A stretch of DNA of 64,000 bases from Macrostomum lignano (GCA_002269645.1 NIVC01000095.1:570323-634322), one strand, 5' to 3'; shown: positions 23,701-36,149, counted from the stretch's first letter. A program made the numbers and translations. Notes: a model not told the origin generated them from the letters alone.

Positions 23701-25705
23701 TCTTCTGCCTCTAGCCCTGACATCATCTACCGTTCGACTATGTCTCCTCTGGCGCCTTCCGTAGAGTACTGAACCTATGCCGGCAGGTCTCGCCGGTGTT
23801 TCACTGCGCCAGAACGTAACTACTTCGTAGTCCACGCTCGCCGCCGTTGTCAGACTGTAGAATGCACTCTGTGCGATGCCTGTCAAAGGAAGTTCAAGTC
23901 GAAGCGTCCATGCCGACTTTCTCCAGCCAAAAATCTCCGCCGTCCTCTCGAACGTCGCCAGGAACGCCTCGAGCTTAGCTTCAATTGATTTCGACTTTTA
24001 CCTTGACTTGGCTAACTGCTTTACAAACTTCGCCTGTTGGCGTGCCAGCTGGTCCATGTAGAATGTCGACTCCCTTTCTTCAGTACGGGAAAACTCTTGC
24101 CGTTTCCAACTCTGCTGCATCGGTAGCACCGGACCATCGCACCTTAAGGCACCTAAGGCACCTTGGAAACTTAAGCTGTAGAGGCGATTTATGAAATCGT
24201 CCCTGCCACCAAAAAACATTCCGCACTCAAACAAGGATCTGTACGAAGACAGCAATAGCACAGGTCTTGCGTTCCTGACATGTTTTGTATATACTTTATG
24301 CCTTGGCCTAGAACCCACTTAAATGTCCTAAGACAAAAGTGATATTCTGCGCAACTGGGCCCATACAGACTTTAGTACTGCTCGTAGCTCGTAAAGACGC
24401 ATTAAGAACAAAACAGCATCCTTGATCAACAACGCATAAAAAATTCGCCAAAAGGTTAGCATCGGAGAACTCAAAGCTATATATTAATACACTCAGCCTT
24501 CACATTTCTGTTTAATTTAAATTAGTATCGAATGATTGAATTAAAAATTAAACAGTTCAGCCATTAACTTCATAAAATACACAAAAGAGGACGTTCTGTC
24601 TAGTGTATACAAGCAAATGTTTCTACCAAGTCTATACTTCGACATTACTTCGAGTTAAAAGAAGTTACATTAAATTTAAAACATACAAAATACACTTACG
24701 TGACCTAAGCTTCTTCTTTTCTCCAAAGACTTGAACTTCGCATAGAGTCAAGGGTGAGCGCTTGCGATTGTTGATGCGAATCTGCTGGCCGACCTTATTG
24801 CACTGGAACGTCTTCACAGAGAAGAAACCGCTCGACTTGAACGAGGCGCACTCTTGACCGTCGACTGTGATTGAAAAGTCGTTGAGTCTCTCTGAGCAGC
24901 AGTCGAGTCGGTTGTAGATTCGAATCTTCCTGACGAGTGATCGCTCCTTGAGAGTCGCTTGCCACCAGCCCAGCTCAGATTTTGTGTGGGTGCAGCTATT
25001 TAAATGCCAGTTAGGATTGGTGTTACCATCGAATGCTCTTTGACAAACACCCTTGACTGCTGTAGAACTTTGAGAGCACGACACGAGAGGAAGACGGTCT
25101 AAAAATAAAAGGAAATAAAAGGCTTTTATTATGCGCTTACCGCCATAAGGATTTCCTGAAAGGTAATTTCCGAAGATCTGCACTTCGCAAACAGTCAGCG
25201 GAGTGTTGATTCGGTTCTTGATTACCAGCATCTGACCGACTTTGTTACACCTGAAGGTCTTCACTGAAAATGACTTTCTCGAACTGTAGGACTGCTCGCA
25301 TTCTTGACCATCGAGAAAGATAGAGAAGCTGTTGAGTCTGTCTGAGCAGCAGTCGAGCCTGTTGTAGATTCGAACAAAGCGCACTCGAGCGAAGCCCTTT
25401 ATGGCGGCTTGCCAAAAGCCTTTCTCGGCATTTGTGTGCGTGCACGAGCCTGCGCCATAGTTCTGGTTGGTTCTTCCATCGAAGGCTCTCTCGCACACGC
25501 CTCCAGCTGCCGTAGAGCTTTGGTAGCACGCAGCAAACTTCAGTTGGGCTGAAATACAAAATTGGCAGCATGGAAAGTTAATAGTAGCGTATTTTTTCAA
25601 GTAACGGATAAGACGACCATACGATCTGTAAAGCACAATATACTTACTGTTGGCAGAGGCGGCAATATTCACCAGAAGAAAAATTGCGACGATTCTTAAT
25701 AGCAT
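11780..25705 (-). CDS. Secreted multi-domain lectin: signal peptide + 5 F-type (fucolectin) domains + WSC domain; exons 25705-25648, 25548-25141, 25098-24700, 20114-19794+13387-13301 (split by BEL/Pao), 13218-12814, 12728-12321, 12066-11780
   Basis: Each FTLD exon (408, 399, 408, 405, 408 nt) is a GT-AG phase-1/phase-1 unit with QSST...RAFDG...CTHT...W...NRxDCCSxR/K...LTxCEVQV. The last exon reads FVGCFFE...C...C...GNQCRCG...C...C.GDSNQICGG (WSC). The joined frame is 790 aa if the retroelement is removed. Confidence 0.75.
13698..13715 (+). other. Primer-binding site complementary to the initiator tRNA-Met 3' end
   Basis: TGGTAGCAGAGCGTGGTT lies 2 nt after the 5' LTR; metazoan tRNA-iMet ends ...CTCTGCTACCA. 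Confidence 0.85.
13721..18862 (+). CDS. BEL/Pao Gag-Pol polyprotein, 1713 aa (Gag with three Cys-His knuckles, protease, truncated RT, RNase H, integrase)
   Basis: Motifs: CRVCEGSHGAWEC / CFHCLGVNHSGLAC / CGVDGCQGKHHRMLH; ALLDDAS protease; STYMDD; LHVFVDAS...IPRLEL...WSDS (RNase H); VAVDFGGP...YSDNGGNF...GGAHE (integrase DDE); WPLGRV C-terminus. Confidence 0.95.
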   Translation: MQKDGEEFESNYPPADEEERKLMDAKAAKTRAKAAFTKGRNRLVQQLAAGGQDGAEVQQQATLMEKLFEAVTTELEKLLELAGNDLPLRRQTIKELENAEKDYGETVGLMTEFWKDRSRSEAAEREEQDRLAESEEQQRREEEQRKVQAAEHRALELEEVQRELERDYQQRHEQLADELRRLKIVTGSTKAESPCERASPGSGLAEQSIGAEVGVSAAPDRSEKADWTAHEGGSGERSIKLNPAPRPATSQSASVQWQLREPIVQQECTQRVREEAERQVSLDMWRQLQRVAIPSFSGDKRQYEGWKAAFYACVDAAPSSRVYKLLQLRQCLQGDALKLIANLGHSEFAYKAALDRLEREYGGERRRLVLVLEDLDRFRPIVTESAPQLKKLADLVDVAVINLMEAGREAELDSNGLLHLRVQKKLPTDTLARYHRWVGENGRNDTLSALHQWLLREAEYQTVAMEAVHGVAAQNGPGAGKMEQSKKFSGMQRTETARTHFGAVAESTRADEQRKKNCRVCEGSHGAWECPKFAEMDVVKRWAVAREKKLCFHCLGVNHSGLACRRSRTCGVDGCQGKHHRMLHQKREPKPAAAVTRGGEGEARKPAEDISAATKKECTMLAEVVKETALRTVPVILVAGERQVRINALLDDASTRTYLNADVAAELGLEGKLQRINVKVLNGGVESFETAPVEVTVRSVDAAFETKIVAFTAEKVTGGMKAVDWSQLAEHWAHLRGIPFESTSSRKTVDMLIGVDNAEMHLACKEVCGMPGEPIARLTPIGWTCIGQLGSDEGSSKSGESFLCHECQDQVDSQVRRLWAIEEVPDVAELNRERGCSLGVRASETILKSTYMDDSLDSVNSVHEAIQLRRELTALWEKAGMRARKWMSNASEVLETVAPEDRAVKAQHVLRGEMATSKALGVTWTANDDMLAITGNAGAKEVSVESKRQLLKRVAMVFDPCGFLSPFTIRGRILLQEIWQNGADWDEPLDQQVAAKATQWAAEIEELSMLKIPRCLWPDPTKKAVLHVFVDASQVAYGAVIYLRSATSLDKICARLVAAKARVAPLAACSIPRLELMAAVLGVRLAQTVADALDLDLRESVFWSDSANVLWWLRGRSRIFKPFVANRVAFIQEAVKTCQWRHVPTDLNPADAVSRGCSAKDLCQSAVWSAGPEFLLLDEDGWPARLVPTSVDGDQEVRREASKSSKSAAVTLLSNDTTDNDWRLNPERFSSYRRLRSVTAWVQRFISNCRLPRDERRLGDLEVEELQEAEDRILRVAQEEAFKAEVQQVRRGRLVSSSSQLRCLQPFLDEDGLLRVDGRLKFDQNLSYQSKHPVILPRRSWVTKLLVKHYHEDQGHGGTNQTLAAMSTKFWVVGGREAIREWEKECARCRRQKAGPEVQQMAPLPEVRLKNSLRAFSFVAVDFGGPFETVQGRGRRRTKRYLALFTCLETRAVHLEMAYSLDSDSFLNAFARMINRRGRPLEVYSDNGGNFVKGERELREFENEQQNKIQRAAAERGIKWRFQPPSAPHFGGAHEVMVRAAKRAVRAILSNADITDEELHSAFTGAEALINSRPLTYQTASPKDDTPLTPNHFLHGQLGGDFATEVSTEVSRDPRRRWRRVQELVRHFWHRWLREWVPRLNAKSKWVKEQPDLAVGDIVLALRADAPRGHWPLGRVLEVFPGRDGHVRVAKVRTGGGTVLRPVTKLCLLQRGE
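19478..19490 (+). other. Polypurine tract of the BEL/Pao element
   Basis: AGGAAGGGGGGAA lies immediately before the 3' LTR. Confidence 0.9.
20400..24250 (-). mobile_element. Decayed Ty3/Gypsy element of Gmr1-type organisation (gag-PR-IN-RT-RH), inside lectin intron 3
   Basis: On the minus strand, 5' to 3': gag EAFLATFERTAEIFGW...LTGIAQSAFYSL...DYEV (~24000-23800); protease FLLDTGA (~22680); integrase HLGVGKT..RFWWP...SCNRCQK, WYD.RSR and WRGPYQV (22050-21700); RT DEIQRML...WSPVCLVAKK...RFTINFKALN (21479-21090); RNase H PFTLERDSSETIIGAVLTQ...RLQRWA (20799-20407). There are many stops and frameshifts. Confidence 0.8.
22790..23400 (+). mobile_element. 5'-truncated RTE-like LINE 3' end nested in the Gypsy remnant
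   Basis: EDLRRRRGLAWAAFRSIRAVLQSKALPDRQ...LAGHVI...RRYVNC is the C-terminal part of a LINE RT. It ends in a (TTG)n-like tail near 23368-23390. Confidence 0.8.
24320..24362. mobile_element. Orphan Harbinger-like terminus
   Basis: ...TCCTAAGAC...TTCTGCGCAACTGGGCCC|AT resembles the right end of the 7755-10810 element (GGGCCC|AT); no partner TIR was found. Confidence 0.4.
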
Positions 25706-27505
25706 CCTGGAAGTTTCTAAGTTGACGAGCTGTAGCTCACTTTTAGCGGGAGTGAGATTTCAGGTTTAGGAAGGTAAAACTTTGCTGTCGTGTCTTGATT
25801 TTATGCTTTACCGTGGCAGAAAATGATTGACAGTTTGGGGCGGCATTCGTCAGTTTGTGTCAACAGGTTCAGAATGCAGTTTGTTTTAAGATCCGCATAG
25901 CAGCTGATGCTCAAAGCTAGCAAGAAAAGCGAAGCCGAAAAAGTTTTTATTCGCTGATATGCTTAGAGATCAGACAGAGCTGTCTAACGCTCTAACGGGT
26001 CTAACGGGTTTTGCGCCGTCTTCTTTCATGCTTTTGAAGCTAAACTCGCTGATCAACGCTTTAGTTGAGAGATCATTGATCATTTCTATAAGCGAATTGT
26101 TTTGAGTAAATCCACCTATCTCGAAAGCGAAAAAGGGAAAGGCAAATTTTTTTTGACTCAATGTGGGCGTTGGTCAATATGCTTCAGAGAGGCACATATT
26201 CCAGCAAATTTTCTGCTTTGCATTTGAAAAATTCTGTAACGATCTAAGTGAGGGGGCACAAAAGAAGTTCGATCCTGTCTTCGGATTTCGCTAGTCAAGC
26301 TTTGCCTAAAAAATCCCGTGTGAATTAATTCTTATGCATGTAAATGTATCCGGTGAAGATTCTCGTCGGTAGGGCTTATTAGTCCCGCGTGCACTCAAGT
26401 GACAAGTTTTTATAGCGAACTTCCAGCATCAGTCACTGGGACATCTCTGGCCTGCGCATGGAGATGTTGAGCTGGTGCTCTTACTCGTATAGGTCTCTTC
26501 TTTAGAATCAAATTTAACTCACGCGGGAAACGCTTATGGTTAGCGCGGGATCAAAGACTCCACTGTGGGTTTATTCTTGTGATTATTTACAGCATTTAGT
26601 CTCTCTAATTATGTACTCTGAACGACTAAGTCTGTGTTTACCATTCACTTTAAATTAACACCGGTGTTTTCACCATCGTCATCGTTCATCGCCCATCGTC
26701 ATCTATTGGTGAAATGTAAAAATCCTATTTGTCAAGCTAAGTCAGTTCCAACGGAATTTAGCATAGGTGTTGGCCTTTGACTTCTATTATCAAATTATAT
26801 AAAGCATCGCCATACAATGCATGCATACCAAGCTGAGCCAATAATTCGATATTTGCTAGCTATCATGCAGCTTGAATAGCAAATAGTTGTAAGTTTGACT
26901 AAATAAAATTGCATGACATTTCATACGAGTAAAACACTATGCAGTTTATGAACGGTTCGGTACTACTTTAATTAATGCTGTGACTATGGTTAAGTTGAAC
27001 CAGGACGTTAATTCATGGAGTCCATGCAGAATTAGAGATGGATAATAAACGTATAGATGAAAGCGTTTACTGAAGTTTTCAGTCACATTGCCTTTAAGTA
27101 TACGTTGCTAATCATACGACTCGGCCGAGTCGTACCGCCCGCAGAGGGTGCAGGAGGTGCTGATGCAGAAGCTGCAGGCACCATACCGCGGCGGGGACTG
27201 GCGCGCACTTGCGGCGTTTCGTCGACTGCCTGCTGGCTGATGCCGGCGCCTGGGACACTGCTGGCGGTGCGGCCTACATTCACGCCTAGGCCCTGAAATG
27301 CGCCCTGTGATTTTTTCTCACGATTGCGTGGCTGACAACGTAGGACGTATTTTATTCGTTGGCGTTTCAGTGAATCGCGAAACACATCAATACGGTTTTT
27401 TGATGTCACAGTTTCCATCTGTTTCCTTTTAGAGGTGAACTCATGCATTCTTAATTAGTGCCAGCCCAATCGCGTCTTCACCGACGGTATTGCCTCAGCG
27501 CTTGA

Positions 27506-28253
27506 TTGAGACAACGCTACTCCGTAGCTATCGACCCGCGCGATACCATCAATGACCACTGCAACCCTGGTGAGCTCCACTGCTACACCGACAATTCTAA
27601 GCAGTCAGTCAACACCGTTATTTGGTGTCGGAATCTTCCTGAACGAACGGGTCAACGCAATCCAGGTTCAGTACATTGGGGTCAAGTTCAGTTTTCTCCA
27701 AAAGAAGTTCTCGCCAACAGCTCTTGCACTGCAGAGCTTCTTGCCACAGGCGTAATTGGTCCAAACATCATTTTTCATTCGGACAGCCAAGCTGCCTTCA
27801 GTGGCATGGCTGCAGTGTCAAACTCTGCTACAGCCCTGGACTGTATCAAACTCCTCAAGATGTCAGTTTATACCAACGAAATTACCTTTACATGTAAATG
27901 TGTTCCAGGACTTGCGGGGACCTGAGGAAATGCGCTGGCCGACGCCTTTCAAAAGTTGGCGGCTCCGGCTCCTCTCTCGGGCGCGAACCCCTAGTCCTGA
28001 TTTCCAGCTGCGTCATCGACTTTCGCAGCAAGGCGAGGATCAGGACTCAGCACCGCTCAGCTTGGGCGAACTGCACTACATCCAGAGGCGCTGTTCCCCA
28101 GCCCTCTCATCAGCTTTGGAAGCTCCTTTTGCTCCTCTCGCAAAGAGACATTCAGACTGCCATCATATGACCTTCTCGCAGGGCACGGCTGCTTCTCCAG
28201 GCATCAAGTCTGGAGAAGTCTTCAGTCTTTGCCCAAGTCTTCACACTTATTAA
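27506..28253 (+). mobile_element. Non-LTR retrotransposon RNase H domain fragment (degenerate)
   Basis: CYTDNSK ... IFHSDSQAA ... KCVPGLAGT*GNALADAF match the RNase H motifs YTDGSK / IFSDSQAAL / WVPGH.G..GNE.AD. Confidence 0.75.
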
Positions 28254-28369
28254 TAAGCGGAGTCCAATTTAAGTGGAATCGTTTAGATTGTTGAAAAAAG
28301 TAAAATGGCGGTCAGTTACTGACTACTGCAGATACGAGCTTACGAGTACTAGAATATCTCGATATGTCA

Positions 28370-28690
28370 CAATAAAAGTTGTGAAAAAGTAGAGCGTCTA
28401 ATCTGTTTTCATTAGTTTGTTTTTCCAATTTTCCAATTTCCTCTCCTTCCTCGGGGTTTGCGGCCTCAGAAGCATTTGGGGTTCAGAATGAACAACATGC
28501 ATTCAACTACGAGTAGATGTACACAAGTTAACGCAAGACGGACGAAACTAAGCCTAAGGAGCAGGCCCAATCTAGCTCAGCCAATGAGAGAGCAGTAAGG
28601 AGAGAGGTCAAAGTCAGACGGACGAAACTCAGTCTAAGGAGCAGGCCCAATCTAGCTCAGCCAATGGGAGAGCAGAAAGGAGAGAAAGAA
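28370..28690 (+). repeat. Unclassified interspersed element with an internal 80-bp CCAAT-containing unit (2 units here)
   Basis: GGACGAAACT..CTAAGGAGCAGGCCCAATCTAGCTCAGCCAATG repeats at an 80-bp spacing (28581, 28661). A reverse-complement homolog lies at 52305-52900. Confidence 0.75.
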
Positions 28691-28739
28691 AGAAAGGAGC
28701 TGGTCTCGACCACCACCTGGAACAGCGTCGCTCCCTGGC

Positions 28740-28990
28740 GATCAGGTGGAGCCTCGGACTGCTGGACCGTTCACAGAACGAAAGGCAGCCCAGGCAAGCC
28801 GGCGGCGACGGCGCAGATCTTTGCAGGTGCCCGGGAACCAGTCTTCGAAGCTTCTTCGCCTGTCAATCTGCGCCCTTGCACAAAATTGCAGTCTCGATGT
28901 CGTCTGATGGTTTTCTGCGTGTTGACCACCAGTCCGACACTCACCGTAGCAGCAGTTGTGACAGTCCCCAGCACCCAGGTCAAGCACTTG
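28740..28990 (-). mobile_element. Second fragment of the same RTE-like LINE family
   Basis: KDLRRRRRLAWAAFRSV parallels the 22790-23400 copy. Confidence 0.7.
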
Positions 28991-29759
28991 CTCTGCTTTT
29001 GCTTTGGTACGAGCTTAAACTTGTGAATCACCCTCGAGTTTCAGCAATGGAAAATATGTTTTATATCGCTAATGCATTTTGTATCGAAAACTGGTTCTCA
29101 GTGAAATTTAGTACCCGTCCTCCTTAAGTTGACCCTGCCTCAAACAATTATATTGATAAGATTATCCATCTTTTCGCTCAGATACTGAGCTGACATCTGC
29201 AACTTGTACAATATCCACTATCTAAGCTAACTGGAATTCCAGTCTCGTGTATCGATTCTGTCGACCTGAGATGTCTGTAGGGGCAATATAGCTAACAAAA
29301 CCTCTTGAGCCTTTGCTAGCTAAAGTGTATCAGTTTCACCGTCTAGCTGGGACCACCAACATTTGAAAAACGAATTGAGACCTCTTGGCCATGTAACCTC
29401 CAAGTCCTGCTGTTATTATCGATTTGAACAAGTGGAAAGGCTCGATAACAGTGCTTTAATTTATCCGCATACATGTTCTGTAACTTGAGAAGATAAAGCT
29501 TAGTACATGTAACTTAAGGATCCTGGAGATTCTAATCGGCTTTGCAAGACACTTTAAGAATCAATAAAAGCCTTTAAGACTCAATAAACTTGGGGGAGGA
29601 AATGAAACAGGAATATTTTTATCGCGTTACAACCGAAACAAATGCGTCCTAGTAGAGAAAAAATGGGTCGATAAATTTTTCTGGTTAAAATTGAATTGTA
29701 TCCAACTTTCAACAAACTTTTGTGTATGAATGAGCTGCAGTTAATTAGGCGTTGTTGTG

Positions 29760-30690
29760 GCCAGTTGTGCTAATCTGGGTGGTGGTGCTAATCTGGGTGG
29801 TGGTGCTAATCTGGTTGGTGGTGCTAATCTGGGGCAGTGGTGCTAATCTGGGGGTTTGTTGCTAACCTGGGTAGTAGTGCTAATCTGGTGGATTGTTGCT
29901 AATCTGGGTACTCGTAGTGGTGCTAATCTGGGGGTGCTAATTGCTAATCTGGGTAGTGGTGCTAATCTGGGGGTATTGCTAATCTGGGTAGTGTTGCTAA
30001 TAAATCTGGGTAGTGTTGCTAATCTGGGGGTGTTGCTAATAAATCTGGGTAGTGTTGCTAATCTGGGGGAGTGTTGCTAATCTGGGGGATTGTTGCTAAT
30101 CTGGGGGAGTGTTGCTAATCTGGGTAGTGGAGCTAATCTGGGGAGCGGTGCTAATCTGGGGGAGTGTTGCTAATCTGGGTAGTGGTGCTAATCTGGGGCA
30201 GTGGTACTAATCTGGGGGTGTTGCTAATCTGAGGAGCGGTGCTAATCTGGGAGTGTTGCTAATCTGGGGGAGTGTTGCTAATCTGGGTAGTGGAGCTAAT
30301 CTGGGGAGCGATGCTAATCTGGGGGAGTGTTGCTAATCTGGGTAGTGGTGCTAATCTGGGGCAGTGGTACTAATCTGGGGGTGTTGCTAATCTGAGGAGC
30401 GGTGCTAATCTGGGAGTGTTGCTAATCTGGGGGAGTGTTGCTAATCTGGGTAGTGGAGCTAATCTGGGGAGCGGTGCTAATCTGGGGGAGTGTTGCTAAT
30501 CTGGGTAGTGGTGCTAATCTGGGGCAGTGGTACTAATCTGGGGGTGTTGCTAATCTGAGGAGCGGTGCTAATCTGGGTGTGTTGCTAATCTGGGTAGTGG
30601 TGCTAATCTGGGCAGTGGTGCTAATCTGGGGGTGTTGCTAATCTGGGTAGTGGTGCTAATCTGGGGGATTGTTGCTAATCTGGGGGACTG
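29760..30690. repeat. 17-21-bp minisatellite (core GCTAATCTGGG) with a 163-bp higher-order repeat
   Basis: The variant TGGAGCTAAT recurs at 30128, 30291 and 30454 (163-bp period, 9 monomers). Confidence 0.95.
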
Positions 30691-31784
30691 TATTCTGACG
30701 ATAGTTTGTGTGGAATTTTAACTGGGGTAGAAATTTCACTGAAGTGCATTTTACTCCATAAAACTATTTAGAGTGGGATTCCAGTGACTGGTGTTCTCTG
30801 GGTGTTCTCTCTATTAAAAAACAGAATTTTTCATCAGATGTAAGTCTAAAATTGACCCCCCCCCTAATAACTTCCATGTCGCCAACATTACAATTGTCTA
30901 CAAGACGAGGAACTGCTTTTTTGACGATGAAACATAGCAGTTGCATCCGATTATCGATTTGAAGTTGACTCGCTCTCCACTCCGGATTCACTGGCTGAAT
31001 TTCCAGCGCCTTCATCAGTATCCACACCCGCCGCGCGCCGCCAGAATCTACTCCAGCCTCTCCATCAGGTTGATCTTCTTTCCAACGGAGAGATCAGTAG
31101 AAAAGCGCCGCGTGCTTAACTCTACGACCTCCTCAGACGAGCAGATACTTGTTGGTCTGCCTAATGCTGAACTCCCGAATGTCCACCTACCGGTCCAGTA
31201 GAGCTCTGAGGTTGCAACACCTTGACTGGTGAGGAGATCGTAAATTCGTCGACGCAGGGCTCTGGACTGTCCGTCGGCGCGCAGAATTTCACTGCCAATC
31301 GAAGGTCATTGTCGAACTGCCCAGCAACCGACATTGTGTCCCAGGAAGTTTAGCCTGCTAAAGGGAATTATTAATTATGTGATTACATAGGGGCAATGCA
31401 GAACCTTGCAGCTCAAGATCGAGGAGGTTAGTAAAATTGCATTTGTATTTCGGTCGAAAGAATAACTTAGTAAAGCGTGCACACTACCGGTACTTATGTA
31501 TGCTGGTGTTAGAACATGATATGCAAGTAGAAAAGATGGCATAAGCATCGAAAAATATACTTAAATAGCCTACATTATACTTGTCTATGCATGCTTTATT
31601 AATATGCGCCTACATTGTGTGTGTGTTTTTACCTGCTTTTTGCTCAAATTTGTCTATATGTGCAAATATACGCAATTCATCCTACTATAAGTATTTTTCA
31701 CTAGCCTACTTTTTGTTAATAAATGCGTATCGATGACTACAAATCGATTACTACAAATTGATGCATACATATTGGCGCGCCTGC

Positions 31785-31900
31785 GGGCGGGGGCGCGTAC
31801 ATATCGGGTTGCATACATATCGGGACGTCTGGATGGAACATGCGGTGATCGGTTCCAAGCGTCGTCAAGCCAATGAGAGGCGAGGAGGGTTGACACCCAC
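31785..31900. promoter_or_regulatory. Possible promoter (CCAAT boxes and GC box)
   Basis: CATTGGCGCG, GCGGGCGGGGGCG and AGCCAATGAG cluster in a GC-rich island within AT-rich DNA. Confidence 0.3.
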
Positions 31901-32249
31901 CTCACCTCCAAAATCGGTCATAAGAGAGCATTTGGTAGTTGCATACAGGCGTTGCGGTATCCGTAGATACGACCAAAAAACATTTTTCTCTGTATAAAAT
32001 CTGTTATATTCTGTCTACAAACACAAATGGTCCTAGCAATTAGCAAATCTAATCACTGCTAGACAAAATTTGTTCCTAAACTAAACAGAACCGTAGGAAA
32101 AAGAGCATTCGAGCTCGTAGAGCAAAGGACAAACGAGGATGCAGGGTCTCAACAATGACCACTTTTGCACGAATTTTAGTCATCGATTCGGTGCATATAC
32201 AGGTTATTGGCATGGCAGCTTCAGGTTTAATCTCGTTAGGGTGTCCTAT

Positions 32250-32630
32250 ACATACCCAACCGAAATTTTTTGTTACTATTGAAAACAATCTCTACCATTT
32301 TAGCCAGTCCTATGCATACCCAACCGAAGGTGTTTTGTTACTATTGAAAACAATCTCTACCATTTTGCCCAGTCCTATGCATACCCAACCGAAAGAGTTT
32401 TGTTACTATTGAAAACAATCTCTACCATTTTGCCCAGTCCTATGCATACCCAACCGAAAGAGTTTTGTTACTATTGAAAACAATCTCTACCATTTTACCC
32501 AGTCCTATGCATACCCAACCGAAGGTGTTTTGTTACTATTGAAAACAATCTCTACCATTTTGCCCAGTCCTATGCATACCCAACCGAAAGAGTTTTGTTA
32601 CTATTGAAAACAATCTTTACCATTTTGCTT
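32250..32630. repeat. 65-bp minisatellite, ~6 copies
   Basis: CTATTGAAAACAATCTCTACC recurs at 32341, 32406 and 32471. Confidence 0.95.
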
Positions 32631-33427
32631 TTCTACCATTTATCAAGTTTCATTCCACGACCGACCCCTGGTTCGACTCCTGATTCACCCCATGCGGGCC
32701 AGCCTCCAAAGCACAGAGAGTGTACAAGTCTGGGATTAGACAGTCATGGTCGCTGTATTTCTAGTGGTCCATGGTTCTCATATAAGTTTCACGAGTTCCC
32801 CCTTTCGGTATAAAATAGTACTCAATGTAGCTCGTACTAAAACGAGTAGTGTCACAAATAATTACCGGATGTACGCTATAGGGAAGCTATAACTCAAGCT
32901 AAAATTACTACTACTCATGGCGAATATAACTTTTTCTGCAATAATTTTCATGGGAGTAACAAATAAAGCTTTTTGGTCGCTACTTTATCAAAGTTTAGTT
33001 TTAAGTATTCTGCAGCAATATTGAAGTCAGCCAATTGGGACAATAAATTATGAATTCACAAATACATCTATTGCTTTCGAGCTACAAGTTTACCCACCCT
33101 CGAATCGGGTTCTTCACTTCCACCTCTCTTTCCTTCCAATATCAGCCTCTTTAACTTCATCAAATAGAACTGGCCATGCAAACGCCGCGGGTTCGTGTAG
33201 GGCCAAGAAATGTACGGGCAGTGTAGTGGACCGCAGGATAGGATATCGTCAACACACCCTCAACCGCCAATCAGAGAGCCTGGAAGCGAAAAAAATATCA
33301 CCTAGTTACGTATATAAATAGATAAGCGCAACCCTCTATCCGGCTGAAGTTCGCTCTAGAACGAAACGATATTATAGACTAACAGCGCTGGACTAATAGC
33401 TGTAGAAGTGTATTGCATCCCGCGGTC

Positions 33428-35883
<2,456 letters not shown>

Positions 35884-36149
35884 CTGACGCCTTTGATTGC
35901 GGGTCTGTTAGCATTGTGGTAGACTGACACCGATTTTGGTAATTGATGCCCTGCTTGTGCCATCGCTGTTCGACCTACAGGGTGGTCCAGAGAGGTCTCC
36001 TGGGATAGCAAACTGGGTTTGCTTTGCATTTCTTAAATTATGATTCACTCATGCTCTACTGCATTTCAGCTCCATGGCTGACGCGCCAGCTGGGAGATTC
36101 AAATGATCGGATGCCGTTTTGAATATCTCATAATTATATAAATAATAAT

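Noticed and set aside
24665-25705. 346-aa uninterrupted lectin ORF in the track
   Set aside because: It reads through two short stop-free GT-AG introns (25647-25549 and 25140-25099) that give non-lectin sequence, so the spliced model is preferred.
27083-27448. 121-aa minus-strand ORF
   Set aside because: No recognisable motif or splice context; it cannot be supported as a gene.
28545-28635. GGACGAAAC suggesting a hammerhead ribozyme
   Set aside because: No CTGANGA core or pairing stem II was found upstream in either copy.
29760-30690. CRISPR-like or telomere-like appearance of tandem arrays (also the TTAG run at 34555-35185)
   Set aside because: There are no unique spacers or cas genes, the context is eukaryotic, and the units are not TTAGGG or TTAGG.
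32660-32690. B-box-like GGTTCGACTCC
   Set aside because: No upstream A box or cloverleaf; at most a truncated SINE head.
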